A stretch of DNA of 64,000 nucleotides, taken from contig OX597829.1 in NCBI GenBank assembly GCA_951406725.2, positions 21,514,001 through 21,578,000 on the forward strand. The letters run 5' to 3'. The position numbers were made by a program, and so were the translations under genes. Each line of letters starts with the position of its first letter. Within the stretch, counting starts at the first letter, position 1. The notes beneath the pieces are model-generated. The model was not told the DNA's origin and searched no databases. It saw only the letters and a program-made list of their open reading frames with translations. Shown one piece after another: positions 1 to 12,715 of the stretch. Source of the DNA: Octopus vulgaris (lineage: Eukaryota).

Positions 1-779
1 GTGTGTGTGTCTTTGTGTTTGTGTTTATCTCCCACCACCACTTGACAACTGGTGTTGGTGTGTTTACATCCTTGTAACTTAGTGGTTCAGCATATTTGGC
101 AAATGAGACTGATAGAATGCGTACCAAGCTTTAAAAATTAATACAGGAATTGATTCATTTGAGCTGTTATAATCATGCCTAAAACAGCAAAAATACGACA
201 TTCACAACATTAGAGATTACTGAGTTTTCTCAATTATTCTGTGTGTGTGTGCATACATGCATGTGTGTGTGTGTGTGCATGCATGTGTGTGTGTGTGTGT
301 GTGCATGCATGTGAGTGTGTGTGTATAACAAATAACCACCATTAAGGATGTGACACTTCATTTGCACAAATCTATCCAACTGATGCCAACATGGATAAAC
401 TGGTCAGAAAAGAATTATGGGAATGATTTCCAACACAGGCACTGGCCAAAAATCTTAGAGTACTAACCAATTGGTTGTGTTGATTCCCGGTATTTGACAA
501 CCACTTACTGGATTGGTACCTGAAAAATGGAAGGCAAAATTGATTTCTGAGGAACTTAGTATAAAGAGACATAACTAACTAATGCCAGCTGCTCTAATCC
601 TGCAGCTTTCTGGCATTTAGGATATAAGATAATACATTCAATCTCAGAACTTGATTGTTTATTGATTTTATCAGGCCTTGAAGAATAAAAACCACAAAAA
701 AAATAAACCTATCAGAGATTGAACTCTGCAATGTAGAGGAACATACACAATCAGACTTTACCACCTCTAAAACATCTAA

Positions 780-985
780 AAAGTACTCCAAGGACTTGAA
801 GGGGTTCCTTAATTCTTATCAGCTGCATTTCCCTAAATAATGTAAAAAAAATACTCCGAGGAGTTCAAGGAGGCCTCTAACTCTTACTAGCTACAATTTC
901 CTACACAACATCAAAACAATACTGCCAGGAGTTGAAGAAGGTTTAAATCTCAATGTCATGTCCAAAACTCTTACCAACAGCAATC
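780..985 (+). repeat. Degenerate 68-bp tandem repeat, about 3 copies
   Basis: TACTCCAAGGACTTGAAGG at 784, TACTCCGAGGAGTTCAAGG at 852, TACTGCCAGGAGTTGAAGA at 920. Confidence 0.65.
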
Positions 986-1019
986 CACAACTCACAGAAA
1001 GATTTCAAACATACCTGTA

Positions 1020-1154
1020 CATCTTTTTCAAAAAGGCCATTTTTCTGGATGATTCTGGCCACATTGTCATGCTTGAGCTCATATTTAGTTTGTGCTATTT
1101 TTGAACATTCTGAATGTCACATGGAAGATAGGCTTGCCCCTTTTACCACACAAT

Positions 1155-1158
<4 letters not shown>
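1020..1158 (-). mobile_element. R4/Dong-clade non-LTR retrotransposon fragment (CCHC knuckle and start of restriction-like endonuclease)
   Basis: RLCGKKG..IFHVT.ECSKIAQTKYELKHDNVARII across frameshifts; abuts a (TTA)n tract. Confidence 0.7.
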
Positions 1159-1189
<31 letters not shown>

Positions 1190-1739
1190 TATTATTATTT
1201 TTATAACTATTATTACCTTGAACACATAAGTGAAAGGCAGGATATTGTAATCACTTGTCTTTGTCTGTTTGTCTGTGTGATTGCAAAATTACTGGAAAAT
1301 GGCTGAATAAGTTTTCACCAAATTTGGGAGAAATACTCAGTGAGTGCGTGGGTTGAAATGATGAAAATTTGGTTTGATTATCTTCAAATATGCATTAATA
1401 CACACATAGATATGCAATAGTGTGTGTATGTGCGTGAGAGAGCAGTGCATGCCATCAAAGTGACACTGGGGTAAAATATACAAAGCCCAGTATACCCATT
1501 ATGACTACCCGTCTCATAAGGGTACACCAAGCACATACATCACAACCATATGTGCGCGACATGGTGATTTCATTTCAAGATAAACAGCACATGACCTTGC
1601 AGGTGGGGCCCAGTTAGAATTTTCTTCTGGTCGAGTAACCCATCCTGCTCAAAAGGTCCCTGAATACAGGTTGTTTAAAGATGTTGAATGAAACACCCAT
1701 GTTTCCAGAGGTGAATTATTCAAACCCTAAAGAATCCCT

Positions 1740-2565
1740 CTCGCCGTAATGGTTTTACTTGGATCCAAAAAGCCGTGATGGATGAGACTGGCCGCAAACC
1801 ACCAAACAGTCACCATGACCTTCTTCTGATGCAACTTTGGCTTCAGGAAGTGCTGTGGAGCTTTGTCAGCATCCAACCACTGAGCTGAGTATTGCTGGTT
1901 GTTGCAAAGAATCCACTTTACATCGCAAGTCACAATCCAGTCGAGAAATGGGTCGTTCTTGTTGCATAGAAGAAGGGAAGAAGACACTTCAAAACGGTAT
2001 ATTTTTTTTGTTGTCATTCAATTCATGCAGCACCTATTTCTCGAGTATTTTTGTTTTTCCAATCTCTTTCATGTGGTTGGAAATTGCTGTATACGTTACG
2101 TCTAATTCAGAAGCAAGCTTTCGAACCGTTGTGCATGGATTGGCTTTGAGTAAGGCTCTTAGTTGATCATTTTCAACATCCGATGGCTGACCACAATGCT
2201 TATCATCTTCAAGACTCTCATCACCACTACGAAATTTCTTGAACCACCATTGTGCTGTATGTTCATTAGTGGTTCCTGGACTAAAACGCATCATTGATAT
2301 TGTGATCTGTTTCAGCAGCTTTTCAGCCTAGCTTGAACTGGAATAAGAAAATTGTGCGAATTTGCTTTGTGTCCATGCTGTATTCAACATTCCAGAAAAA
2401 ATGGCCTAATTATTCAAAAAGGAAAAGAGTAACACGATTAGATAGAGCGAAAAACAGGTTTTAAAATGATATATAAAGTCAAAGTAATTTAATAAAAATT
2501 AATTTGAAAATGCATCATTTATAACCAAAATTAAACATTCCACAAGAACTTTCTTGACAGCCTAA
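1740..2565 (-). mobile_element. Mariner (Hsmar1/cecropia-like) transposon, 5' part, degenerate
   Basis: TA|TTAGGCTGTCAAGAAAGTT terminal repeat at 2565; ATG at 2376, MDTKQIRTIFLFQFKLG...QWWFKKFRSGDESLED, then WIVTCDVKWIL and KKVMVTVWW; stop, frameshifts and loss of the 3' end. Confidence 0.93.
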
Positions 2566-2570
2566 TATAT

Positions 2571-2833
2571 AAAGCAAATAAGCAACAAGGATGTCCAGAT
2601 ATCAGTGCATTACGGCTGTTTCAAGTGGCTCCATTTAATCGATCAAGGCAAACATTACATCAATTTGAAATAAACCACTCTCCTCCATTCTCATATAGAT
2701 TTCCAACCTACAGGATACTCTATTATAAGTTTTTAACAAACTAATGTAATTTTTGCATTGATCAATTAAATGGAACTACTTGAAACGGCCCTAATGCACT
2801 AATACCCGGACATCCTTGTTACTTATTTGCTTT
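2571..2833. repeat. Foldback element with about 105-bp imperfect inverted arms
   Basis: AAAGCAAATAAGCAACAAGGATGTCC...GGACATCCTTGTTACTTATTTGCTTT. Confidence 0.88.
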
Positions 2834-2997
2834 TTATTCATCTAAATCAAGCTGTGAGGACAATACTAGACTGACTTGGTGATTCAACTTAAGTACCTAA
2901 TTCAACTGAATCTTAATTATTTATATATATATATTTACCGTCCAACCCATGCTAGCATGGAAAACGGACGCTAAATGATGATGATGATATATATATA

Positions 2998-3096
<99 letters not shown>

Positions 3097-3295
3097 ATAT
3101 ATATATGATGGACTTCTTTCAGTTTCCGTCAATCAAATTCACTCACAAAGCAGTAAGACTAAATACAAGAGCAACTTATTTGGGAAGCAAGCTTCTTAAC
3201 AACACAACCATGTTTGTTTTTTTCCTTTTCTATGTGTGTATATGTGTGTGTGCGTGCGTATGATCATTAGAATTAAATTTCAAAACTTTTCAAGA

Positions 3296-3809
3296 TCACC
3301 ACCACCACCAACACTACCGCCGCCACCACCAACGTTGCTGCTGCCACCACCACCACCGTTGCCACCACTACAACCACCACCACCACCACCACCCATCATC
3401 ACTGCCACCCCACCCCTGCCCCCACCACACCCAGTCACCACTGCCACCACCACTACCACCCCACCCGATCACCACTGTCACCACCACCATGAGCAGCAGC
3501 ACCAGCATCACTACCACCATCAGTAATACCATCCCTCTCCACCATTATCATTACTATAGTCACCACTTCCTGCAATCACTACCACTGCAACCAGCAGCAG
3601 CAGCAGCAGCACCACCACCACCACCACCAACACTACCATTATTATTATTATTAGTATTATTATTACTATTACTATTATTATTATTATTATTCAGTAGTTT
3701 TATTTTTTGAATAATAATAATAATAATAGTAATAGTAATAATAATACTACTACTACTAATAATAATAATAATGGTAGTGTTGGTGGTGGTGGTGGTGCTG
3801 CTGCTGCTG

Positions 3810-3840
<31 letters not shown>

Positions 3841-3847
3841 CTATTAC

Positions 3848-3892
<45 letters not shown>

Positions 3893-4035
3893 TATTATTA
3901 TTATTATTATTACTATTACTATTATTATTACTATTACTATTATTATTATTATTACTATTACTATTATTATTATTACTATTACTATTATTATTACTATTAC
4001 TATTATTATTATTGTTGTTGTTGTTGTTGTTGTTA
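3296..4035. repeat. Compound trinucleotide microsatellite (CAC, CAG, ATT, AAT, GGT, ATT/ACT, GTT)
   Basis: Read directly. Confidence 0.95.
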
Positions 4036-4335
4036 TCAGTATCAGCTTCATCCCTAAATGATTTCTCATGCTATATCAATACTACCATAATATCTAAGTC
4101 CATAGTTCAATGAAATGTCTTTTCCCAGTGTGTTGCGTTTACCTATTTTAATAGCTTATCCAGCACAATACAGTCAGATGTCCAATTTCAATGGGCAACC
4201 ATTGAGTTGCGATGCTTTACATTCTGAGTTCAAATTCCATTAAAGGTCGGCTTTACTCTACATTCTTCTTGGGTCAATAAAATAACGTAAGAGTCAAGCA
4301 TCCTTCCCAGCAACATTTGTAGCATTGTGTTAGAG

Positions 4336-4336
<1 letters not shown>

Positions 4337-4372
<36 letters not shown>

Positions 4373-4374
4373 CC

Positions 4375-4408
<34 letters not shown>

Positions 4409-4533
4409 TCACCATCACCACCACCACCATCATCATCACCATCACCACCACCACCACTATCATCATCATCATCACCACCACCATCATCATCATCATCACC
4501 ACCACCACCACCATCACCATCATCATCACCATC

Positions 4534-4597
<64 letters not shown>

Positions 4598-4602
4598 CCA
4601 CC

Positions 4603-4633
<31 letters not shown>

Positions 4634-4639
4634 CCATCA

Positions 4640-4671
<32 letters not shown>

Positions 4672-4709
4672 TCACCACCACCACCACCATCATCATCATC
4701 ACCACCACC

Positions 4710-4743
<34 letters not shown>

Positions 4744-5000
4744 CCACCACCACCACCATCATCATCATCACCACCACCACCACCACCACCACCACCATCA
4801 TCATCATCACCACCATCATCATCATCACCATCACCATCACCACCACCACCAGCATCATCATCATCATCACCATCACCACCACCACCACCATCATCATCAC
4901 CACCACCACCATCATCACCATCACCACCACCATCATCATCATCACTATCACCACCACCACCACCATCATCATCATCACCACCACCACCACCATCATCATC

Positions 5001-5031
<31 letters not shown>

Positions 5032-5072
5032 CCACCACCATCATCATCATCATCATCACCATCACCACCACC

Positions 5073-5106
<34 letters not shown>

Positions 5107-5144
5107 CCATCACCACCACCATCATCATCATCATCATCACCACC

Positions 5145-5175
<31 letters not shown>

Positions 5176-5304
5176 CCACCACCACCACCACCACCATCAT
5201 CATCACCACCACCACCACCACCACCACCACCACCACCACCACCACCACCACCACCACCACCACCACCACCACCACCACCACCACCACCACCACCATCATC
5301 ACCA
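4337..5304. repeat. About 970-bp in-phase (CAT/CAC)n mixed microsatellite
   Basis: Read directly; one phase slip near 4640. Confidence 0.97.
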
Positions 5305-6505
5305 TGATAGGTGCAGGCTTGGCTGTGTGGTATGAAGTTTGCTTCTTAGCCACATAGTCTAGGGTTCGGTCCCACTGCGTGGCACTTTATGCAAGAGTTT
5401 TCTACTAGAGTCTTGGGCCAACCAAAGCCTTCTGAGTGGATTTGCTAGATGGAAACTGAAAGAAGCCTGTCATATCTATCTATCCATCTATCTATCTATC
5501 TATCTATCTATTTATTTATCTATATGTATGTATGTTTGAATATGTGTGTGTGTATGTATGTATGTATGTATGTATGTATATATGTAGGTATGTATGTACA
5601 TGTGTATGTATGTGTGCATGTGTTTTTGTGCCTGTTTGTTTATCTCCCACCACTGCTTGACAGCTGGTATTGGTTTGTTTCTGTTCCTGGAACTTAGCAG
5701 CTTGACAAAAGAGACCAAGAGAACAAGTACCTGTTGAGTACTAGGGTCAATGTAATCGACTTAGCACCTGCCCCAAAATTGCCAGTCTTGTGCCAAAATT
5801 TGAAATCATCGTCGTCGTTGTTGTCATCATCATCATCATCATAATTATCACCACCACCACCACCACCACCACCATCACCACCACCACCATCACCATCATC
5901 AACATCATTACTATCAAGTGGCCAGCTGGCAGAATTGTTAGCATGCCAGGTAAAATGCTTAGTGGCATTTTGCCTGTCTCTATGTTCTGAGTTCAAATTC
6001 TGCTGAGGTCGATTTTTGTCCTTTATCCTTTTAGGATTGCTAAATTAAGTACCAGTGAAACACTGGGGTCGATGTGATCAACTTATCCCCTCCCCACAAA
6101 TTTTAGGCTTTGTGCCTATAGTAGAAAGGATTATTATTATTATTATTGTTGTTGTTGTTGTTGTTAAAATTCTACCAAAGCTAAATTTACCTTCCATCTT
6201 TTAGAGCACTTTGTTCAGTGCAATTGACAAATCCCAAACCCCAAAATTTCAGGCTTGTGACTACAGAAAGAATAACTGTCGTCATTATTATCATTATTAA
6301 GATGGTGAGCTGGCAGAATCATTAGCATGTCAGAGAAAACACTTACAGAAGGTATTTCTTCTGACCTTGCATTCTGAATTCAAATTCTTCTGAGGTCAGT
6401 TTTTGCCTTTCATTCTTTCAAGGTCAATAAAATAAAGTGTAATCAACAAACTTCCTCCCACTAAAACTGCTGGCCCTACATCAAAATTTGAAACTATTAT
6501 TATTA

Positions 6506-6560
<55 letters not shown>

Positions 6561-6992
6561 CGAAGGCGGTGAGCTGGCAGAATTGTTAGCATGCTGGGTG
6601 AAATGCTTAGTGGTATTTTGTCTGCTGTTATGTTCTGAGTTCAAATTCAGCCGAGGTCAACTTTGCCTTTCATCGTTTTGGGGTCAATAAATTAAGTGCC
6701 AGTAGCATACTGGGATCGATGTAATCAACTTAATCCCTTTGTCTGTCCTTGTTTGTCTCCTCTATGTTTAACCCCTTGTGGGCAATAAAGAAATAAGAAT
6801 CCTTCACACATTTCATCCATCTTTACATTTTGAGTTTAAATTCCGCTCAAGTTGACTTTGCCTTTCATCCTTTGAAGTTAACAAAATAAGTACAAGCCAA
6901 GCAGTGGCGTCAATATAATCGACTTACTTCTCCCCTGAGGTTGCTGACCTTGTTCCAAAATTTGAAACTATCATCATTATTACCATTATTGT

Positions 6993-7240
6993 GGAGGTGC
7001 GTGGCTTAGTGGTTAGGGTGTCAGCATCACGATCGTAAGATTGTGGTTTCGATTCCTGGACCGGGCGACATGTTGTGTTCTTGAGCAAAACACTTCATTT
7101 CATGTTGCTCCAGTCCACTCAGCTGGCAAAAATGAGTCCACTCAGCTGGCAAAAATGAGTAACGCTGCGATGGACTCGCGGGGAAACCGGGCCCATGAGG
7201 CTGGCTAGGCTTTAAAAGGGTGCATTTATTTTATTTATTA
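6993..7240 (+). mobile_element. tRNA-derived SINE family C. Others: ~30745-30993(-), 44560-44880(+), 45421-45752(+), 53760-53930(-)
   Basis: TGGCTTAGTGGTTAG A box, GTTTCGATTCC B box, TTGTGTTCTTGAGCAARACACTT core. Confidence 0.85.
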
Positions 7241-7706
7241 TTATTACCATTATTATAAAGGTGGCAAGCTGACAATCATTAGCATTCAGGGCAAAATGCT
7301 TAGTGACATTTCATTCATCTTTATGTTCTGAGTTCAAATTCTGCTGAGGTTGACTTTATCTTTCGTGCTTTCAGGGTCGATAAATTAAGTACCAGTGACA
7401 CACTGAGGTCAATGTAATCGACTAGGCTCCCTCCTCTCAAGTTTCAGGTCTTGTGCCTTTAGTTGAAAGGATCATTATTGTTATCATTTACTCTTTTACT
7501 TGTTTCAGTCATTTGACTGTGGCCATGCCGGAGCACCGTCTTTAGTCGAGCAAATTGACCCCAGGACTTCTTTGTAAGCCTAGTACTTATTCTATCAGTC
7601 TCTTTTGCCAAGCCGCTAAGTTACGGGGATGTAAACACACCAGCATCGGTTGTCAAGTGATGTTGGGAGGACAAACACAGACATACAAATATATACACAC
7701 ACATAC

Positions 7707-7763
<57 letters not shown>

Positions 7764-7915
7764 TATGACAGGCTTCTTTCAGTTTCCGTCTACCAAATCC
7801 TCTCACAAGGCTTTGGTCGGCCTGAGGCTATAGTAGAAGACACTTGCCCAAGGTGCCGTGCAATGGGAATGAACTACTTACCACACAGCCACTCCTGCAC
7901 CTCAAAATGTGTGAC

Positions 7916-8034
7916 GCTTACAGCACCTAGGTTTCCCAACCGGTCACCCATCTAAGTACTAACTGGGCTCGACATTGCTTAACTTCGGTGATCGGACAAG
8001 AACTGGTGCTTTCAACAAGATATGGCTGTTTGAC
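7916..8034 (-). pseudogene. 5S rRNA copy, full length (about 119 nt), probably a pseudogene
   Basis: Reverse complement reads GTCAAACAGCCATATCTTGTTGAAAGCACCAGTTCTTGTCCGATCACCGAAGTTAAGCAATGTCGAGCCCAGTTAGTACTTAGATGGGTGACCGGTTGGGAAACCTAGGTGCTGTAAGC; hallmark CCGATCACCGAAGTTAAGC and TTAGTACTT.GATGGG; several CG to TG/CA changes versus the metazoan consensus. Confidence 0.92.
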
Positions 8035-8039
8035 AGCAA

Positions 8040-8830
8040 GCCCTTGATATGGATTCATCACAGATTATTGGCAGGTTTCAAAATTTATATTTGCCCCCTT
8101 CATTTTTTAAAAGTAATTCAAAGAGATGTAATTAGTACTTCAGTTTTGTGAGAACCAGTCAGCAGTAAAAAAAACAACAACTTTTCTATCAGCGTCCCGG
8201 AAACAACATAACACACAATAACTGTTAGCTGGTCGACGTGAGCCTCATCTGGTGTTGAATCTATACAAACAGAAAAATACTTGGAAGTTTTGAGTTCTAC
8301 TACAATATGATTAACATTTTTCTATAAACAGAACAATTTTTTCATAGATGGTGGACTATTAGTATGATTGCTTACCATTTCTGAGATTGCCAAATGATTT
8401 CAAGTGACCCATCAGAAATGGATCAAATTGTGCAAGAAGTTCCATAATTTCTAAAAAATTCTCATTGTGCTTAGTTCTTCATTACTCCTAAATGTCAGGC
8501 CTCTCTTGGTTAGAAATACTGTCAAGGCTACATCACAGCACAACATTCCAGTCTAGTATAGCTTGCTTTACAAATTCCCTGTTAACATGAAATGATTCTC
8601 AATATAAATCATTGAACTCCAATACAGAATTTCTAAGGCCTTGGTTCTATTCATTGGTTTTCATTTTGTCTTCTGCCTTTTCCCAATAATTGAAACCACC
8701 CTTGTTGGAAAATTTTTCATACAATACAATACAGCAGAATCTATCCAGCTCTTTGAAACTATTTCTCTTCCGAGCTTGAGACAGCTGAATATTCTGTAGC
8801 CTATTGGTTATTCTATGCAAGAATATAATC
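8040..8830 (-). mobile_element. hAT (ZMYM1/DUF4371-type) transposase fragment, degenerate
   Basis: Hand translation gives GGFNYWEKAEDKMK, FLTKRGLTFRSNEE, NFLEIMELLAQFDPFL and KYFSVCIDSTPDEAHVDQLTVIVCYV, with stops and frameshifts. Not in the ORF track. Confidence 0.88.
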
Positions 8831-9060
8831 TGAATTTTTTTTTTTTACTTGTTTTAGTCATTTGAAATTATCATCATTGTTATCATCGACCATGCTGGAG
8901 CACCACCTTTTAGTTGAGCAAATAGACCCCAGGATTTATTATTTGTAAGCCTAGTACTTATTCTATCGGTCTCTTTTGCTAAACCGCTAAGTTATGGGGA
9001 CATAAACACACCAGCATCGGTTGTCAAGCGATGTTGGGGGGGACAAACACAGACACACAA

Positions 9061-9111
<51 letters not shown>

Positions 9112-10937
9112 CATACATACATATACGCGACGGGCTTCTTTCAGTTTCCATCTACCAAATCCATTCATAAAGCTTTGGTCAACCCGAGGCTATAGTAGAA
9201 GACACTTGCCCAAGGTGCCATGCAGTGGGACTGAACCTGGAGCCGTGGTTGGTAAGCAAGCTACTTACCACATACCCACTCCAGCGCCTATAGAAGCAAA
9301 GAGAAAATAATCTCAAAAATAAAAGAAAATGGGAACTGATAGTAGTAATTTTGACTTCAATTTCGTTAAGCCAGACTGTTTACGCTTACCTCTGTTACTC
9401 CTAAGTCTGGGACAAATAGGTAGATCTGCTGCCAAAGTTAATCAAAATTTAATAGAAAAGGGTTCAAATGATTAGTAGTAAATCAAGGATTACACACTAA
9501 AGATTTTGTTCCAAAAATTAATTATCTTAAAAAAAATTATTTCACTTTCAAGGAAACCAAAAAGCACTTCAAATGCTTCTGAAAAAGTAATAATTTGAAA
9601 TTTTATCGTGTCTAGGGACAGTCATATTGTTCAATTTCCACTCAGTTATTATTTATATATATATATCTTCTTCCAAAATTAATTTTGGAAGAAAAAATAT
9701 ATAAATAATAAACAAGTGGAAATCAAACCGGTGAGTGTGTTAAATAATAAAGCATTAAGAGAATATGACTCTCCCCAGACACAACAAAATTGCTTCAACA
9801 TACAAATTCACATAAAGAATCTTGCAAACCACATACATAAACGAAATAATTTGAAAAGGAATTATATATTTTATGAATCTCTCTTAGCTTCAAACAATCT
9901 TGTGATGATAGGGAGCTTAAGTTCAACTTCCATATCTTTTAACCAAAACTGGTATTTGTAAATGTAATGATTCAGATCATTTTGTAAGGGAAAAAGGTAT
10001 TTTGGATTGCAATTAAGATATTTTGTAGTTAGTGATCATTTTGTTCTGATTTGTTTGTTTTATATCAATCTATTTATGGTGATGAACTAGTGAGACTAAG
10101 CAACCACTGAAATAACAACTAATGTGTCCGAGACCTTTGGCAATATGCTTAACAAGTAACTGAGACGTTTGGCAATATGCTGTGCTTGAGAAGATACATC
10201 AAGCCAAGTGAAATTGCAACCCTGGTCAATGCCGGTGGCATGTAACCGGCATCCATGCCAGTGTCATGTAAATGGCACCCATGCCAGTGGCACATAGAAA
10301 GCACCTATTAAACTCTTGGAGTGGTTGGCCTTAGGAAGAGCATCCAGCCATAGAAACCATGCCAAATCAGAATGGAACCTATTGCAGCTCTCCAGCATAC
10401 CAATTCCACTCAAACTGTCTAATTCCATCCTAGCATGGAAAATGAACATTAAAGATGATGATGATGATGATGATGCTTGACAGAGATAGCTGAAAATCGG
10501 TAACAGTAGAGAACATGAAAGCTAAAGATTAGCAAAGAAAAAGAAAAAAAAAAAGAAAAGAAAATGAAAGATAAAGTTGCAGAATAGCACCAGCAGCAAC
10601 AATGATAGGTACAAAATTGGTGAAGTCTTTTTTTATGTAAGCATGGAGATGGTTTAATAAACAACATTAACCAAATTTATATTTCATTTTAAATGACAAG
10701 TAAATGACAACAAATTGTAACACATTGAAAAAAATTAATAACAAAAACAATTTAAAATATTTTTTTAAAAAGTGAACATGTGGCTGTGTGGTAAGAAGCT
10801 TGCTTCCTAATCACATGGTTCTGGGTTCAGTCCCACTGCATGGCACCTTGGGCAGATGTCTTCTACTTTAGCCTCAGGCTGACCAAAGCTGTGTGAGTGG
10901 ATTTGGTAGACGGAAACTGAAAGAAGCCAGTCACATA

Positions 10938-12175
10938 TCATCATCATCATCATCATCATCATCGTTTAACGTCCGCTTTCCATGCTAGCATGGGTTGGAC
11001 GGTTCAACTGGGGTCTGGGAAGCCCGAAGGCTGCACCAGGCCAGTCAGATGTGGCAGTGTTTCTACAGCTGGATGCCCTTCCTAACGCCAACCACTCCGA
11101 GAGTGTAGTGGGTGATTTTATGTGCCACCGACACAGGTGCCAGACGAGGCTGGCAGACGGCCACGCTCGGATGGTGTTTTTTATGTGCCACCGACACAGG
11201 TGCCAGACGAGGCTGGCAGACGGCCACGCTCGGATGGTGTTTTCTTATGTGTCACCGACACAGGTGCCAGACGAGGCTGGCGGACGGCCACGCTCAGATG
11301 GTGTTTGTTACGTGCCCTCAGCACGGAGGCCAGTCATTGCGGTACTGGCTACGGTCACGTTCGGATGGTTTTCTTATGTGCCACCGGCACTGGTACCACA
11401 AGGATACAAATTCCATTGATGTTCATCTATTTTGATTTGGTTCGATTTGATTCGATACGATTCGATTCTCACTTGCCTCAACAGGTCTTCACAAGTGTCA
11501 CAAGAAGGAAGGTATGCACAGGTGGACTGACTACGTCCCAGGTAGGGGCCACGGATTATGGCTTCACTAGTCTTGCCGGGTCTTCTCACGCACAGCATAC
11601 TTCTATAGGTCTCGGTCTCTAGTCATTTCCATGGTGAGACCTAACGTCCGAAGGTCGTGCTTCACCACCTCGTCCCAGGTTTTCCTGGGTCTACCTCTTC
11701 CACGGGTTCCTTCAACTGCTAGGGATTGGCACTTTCTCACACACCTATCTTCATCCATTCTCGCCACATGACCATACCAGCGCAATCGTCTCTCTTGCAC
11801 ACAACAACTGATGCTTCTTAGGTACAACATTTCTCTCAAGGTACTAACGCTCTGTCGAGTAAGTACACTGACATTACACATCCATCGGAGCATACTGGCT
11901 TCGTTCCTCACGAGCTTACGCATGTCCTCAGCAGTCACGGCCCATGTTTCACTGCCATGTAGCATAGCTGTTCGTACACATGCATCATACAGTCTGCCTT
12001 TTACTCTGAGCGAGAGGCCTTTAGTCACCAGCAGAGGTAAGAGCTCCCTAAACTTTGCCCAGGCTATTCTTATTCTAGCAGTTACACTTTCAGCGCACCC
12101 ACCCCCACTACTGACTTGGTCACCTAGATAGCGGAAGCTATCAACTACTTCTAGTTTTTCCCCCCGGAAAGTGAC
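10938..12175 (-). mobile_element. 5'-truncated RTE-clade LINE, young, with full 3' UTR and (GAT)n tail
   Basis: Open frame GLSLRVKGRLYDACVRTAMLHGSETWAV...RRLRWYGHVARMDE...GTRGRGRPRKTW; about 660-nt 3' UTR with ~61-bp tandem units; CpG-rich. Confidence 0.93.
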
Positions 12176-12683
12176 GCGTGAATGTGTGTGTGTGTGTCTT
12201 TATGTCTTTGTTTGTCCTCCAGTACTGCTTGACAACTGGTGTTGGTATGTTTACATCCCCATAACTTAGTGGTTTGGCAAAAGTGACTGACAGAATAAGT
12301 ATCAGGCTCCACAACAAATAAATTCTGGTGGTTGATTCATTTGACTAAAATTCTTGAAGGTGGTGCTCCTGCATGACCCCAGTCTAATGACAGAAACAAG
12401 TAAAAGCTAAAAGATAATAGATTCTGATATATTACTCTTTTACTTGTTTCAGTCATTTGACTGCGACCATGCTGGAGCACCACCTTTAGTTGAGCAAATC
12501 AACCCCAGGACTTATTCTTTGTAAGCCTAGTACTTATTCTATCGGTCTCTTTTGCTGAACCACTATGTTACGGGGACGTAAACACACCACCATCCGTTGT
12601 CAAGCAATGTTGGGGGGACAAACACAAACATATACACACGCATACATACATATACATATATACATATACATATATATATACAT

Positions 12684-12715
<32 letters not shown>

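Noticed and set aside
1727-2294. SETMAR-like host gene
   Set aside because: No SET domain; stop and frameshifts; terminal repeat present, so a transposon relic.
3236-5353. Long poly-P/S/I/T/V/M ORFs (up to 326 aa) resembling extensin or mucin
   Set aside because: Pure trinucleotide microsatellite that lacks stops by construction; open on both strands; no splice or domain support.
7916-8034. Functional 5S rRNA gene
   Set aside because: Solitary, multiple CpG transitions and weakened terminal helix; reported as a pseudogene.
9390-9428. Possible 39-nt minus-strand exon (QIYLFVPDLGVTE) with cagcag acceptor and AG|gtaagc donor
   Set aside because: Isolated, weak pyrimidine tract, no partner exons or recognisable homology; needs RNA-seq.
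10982-11622. Cys/His-rich ORFs (CHRHRC repeats) also seen at 35583-36669 and 54744-55130
   Set aside because: Chance frames across the RTE 3' UTR tandem units; open in several frames and repeated with the element.
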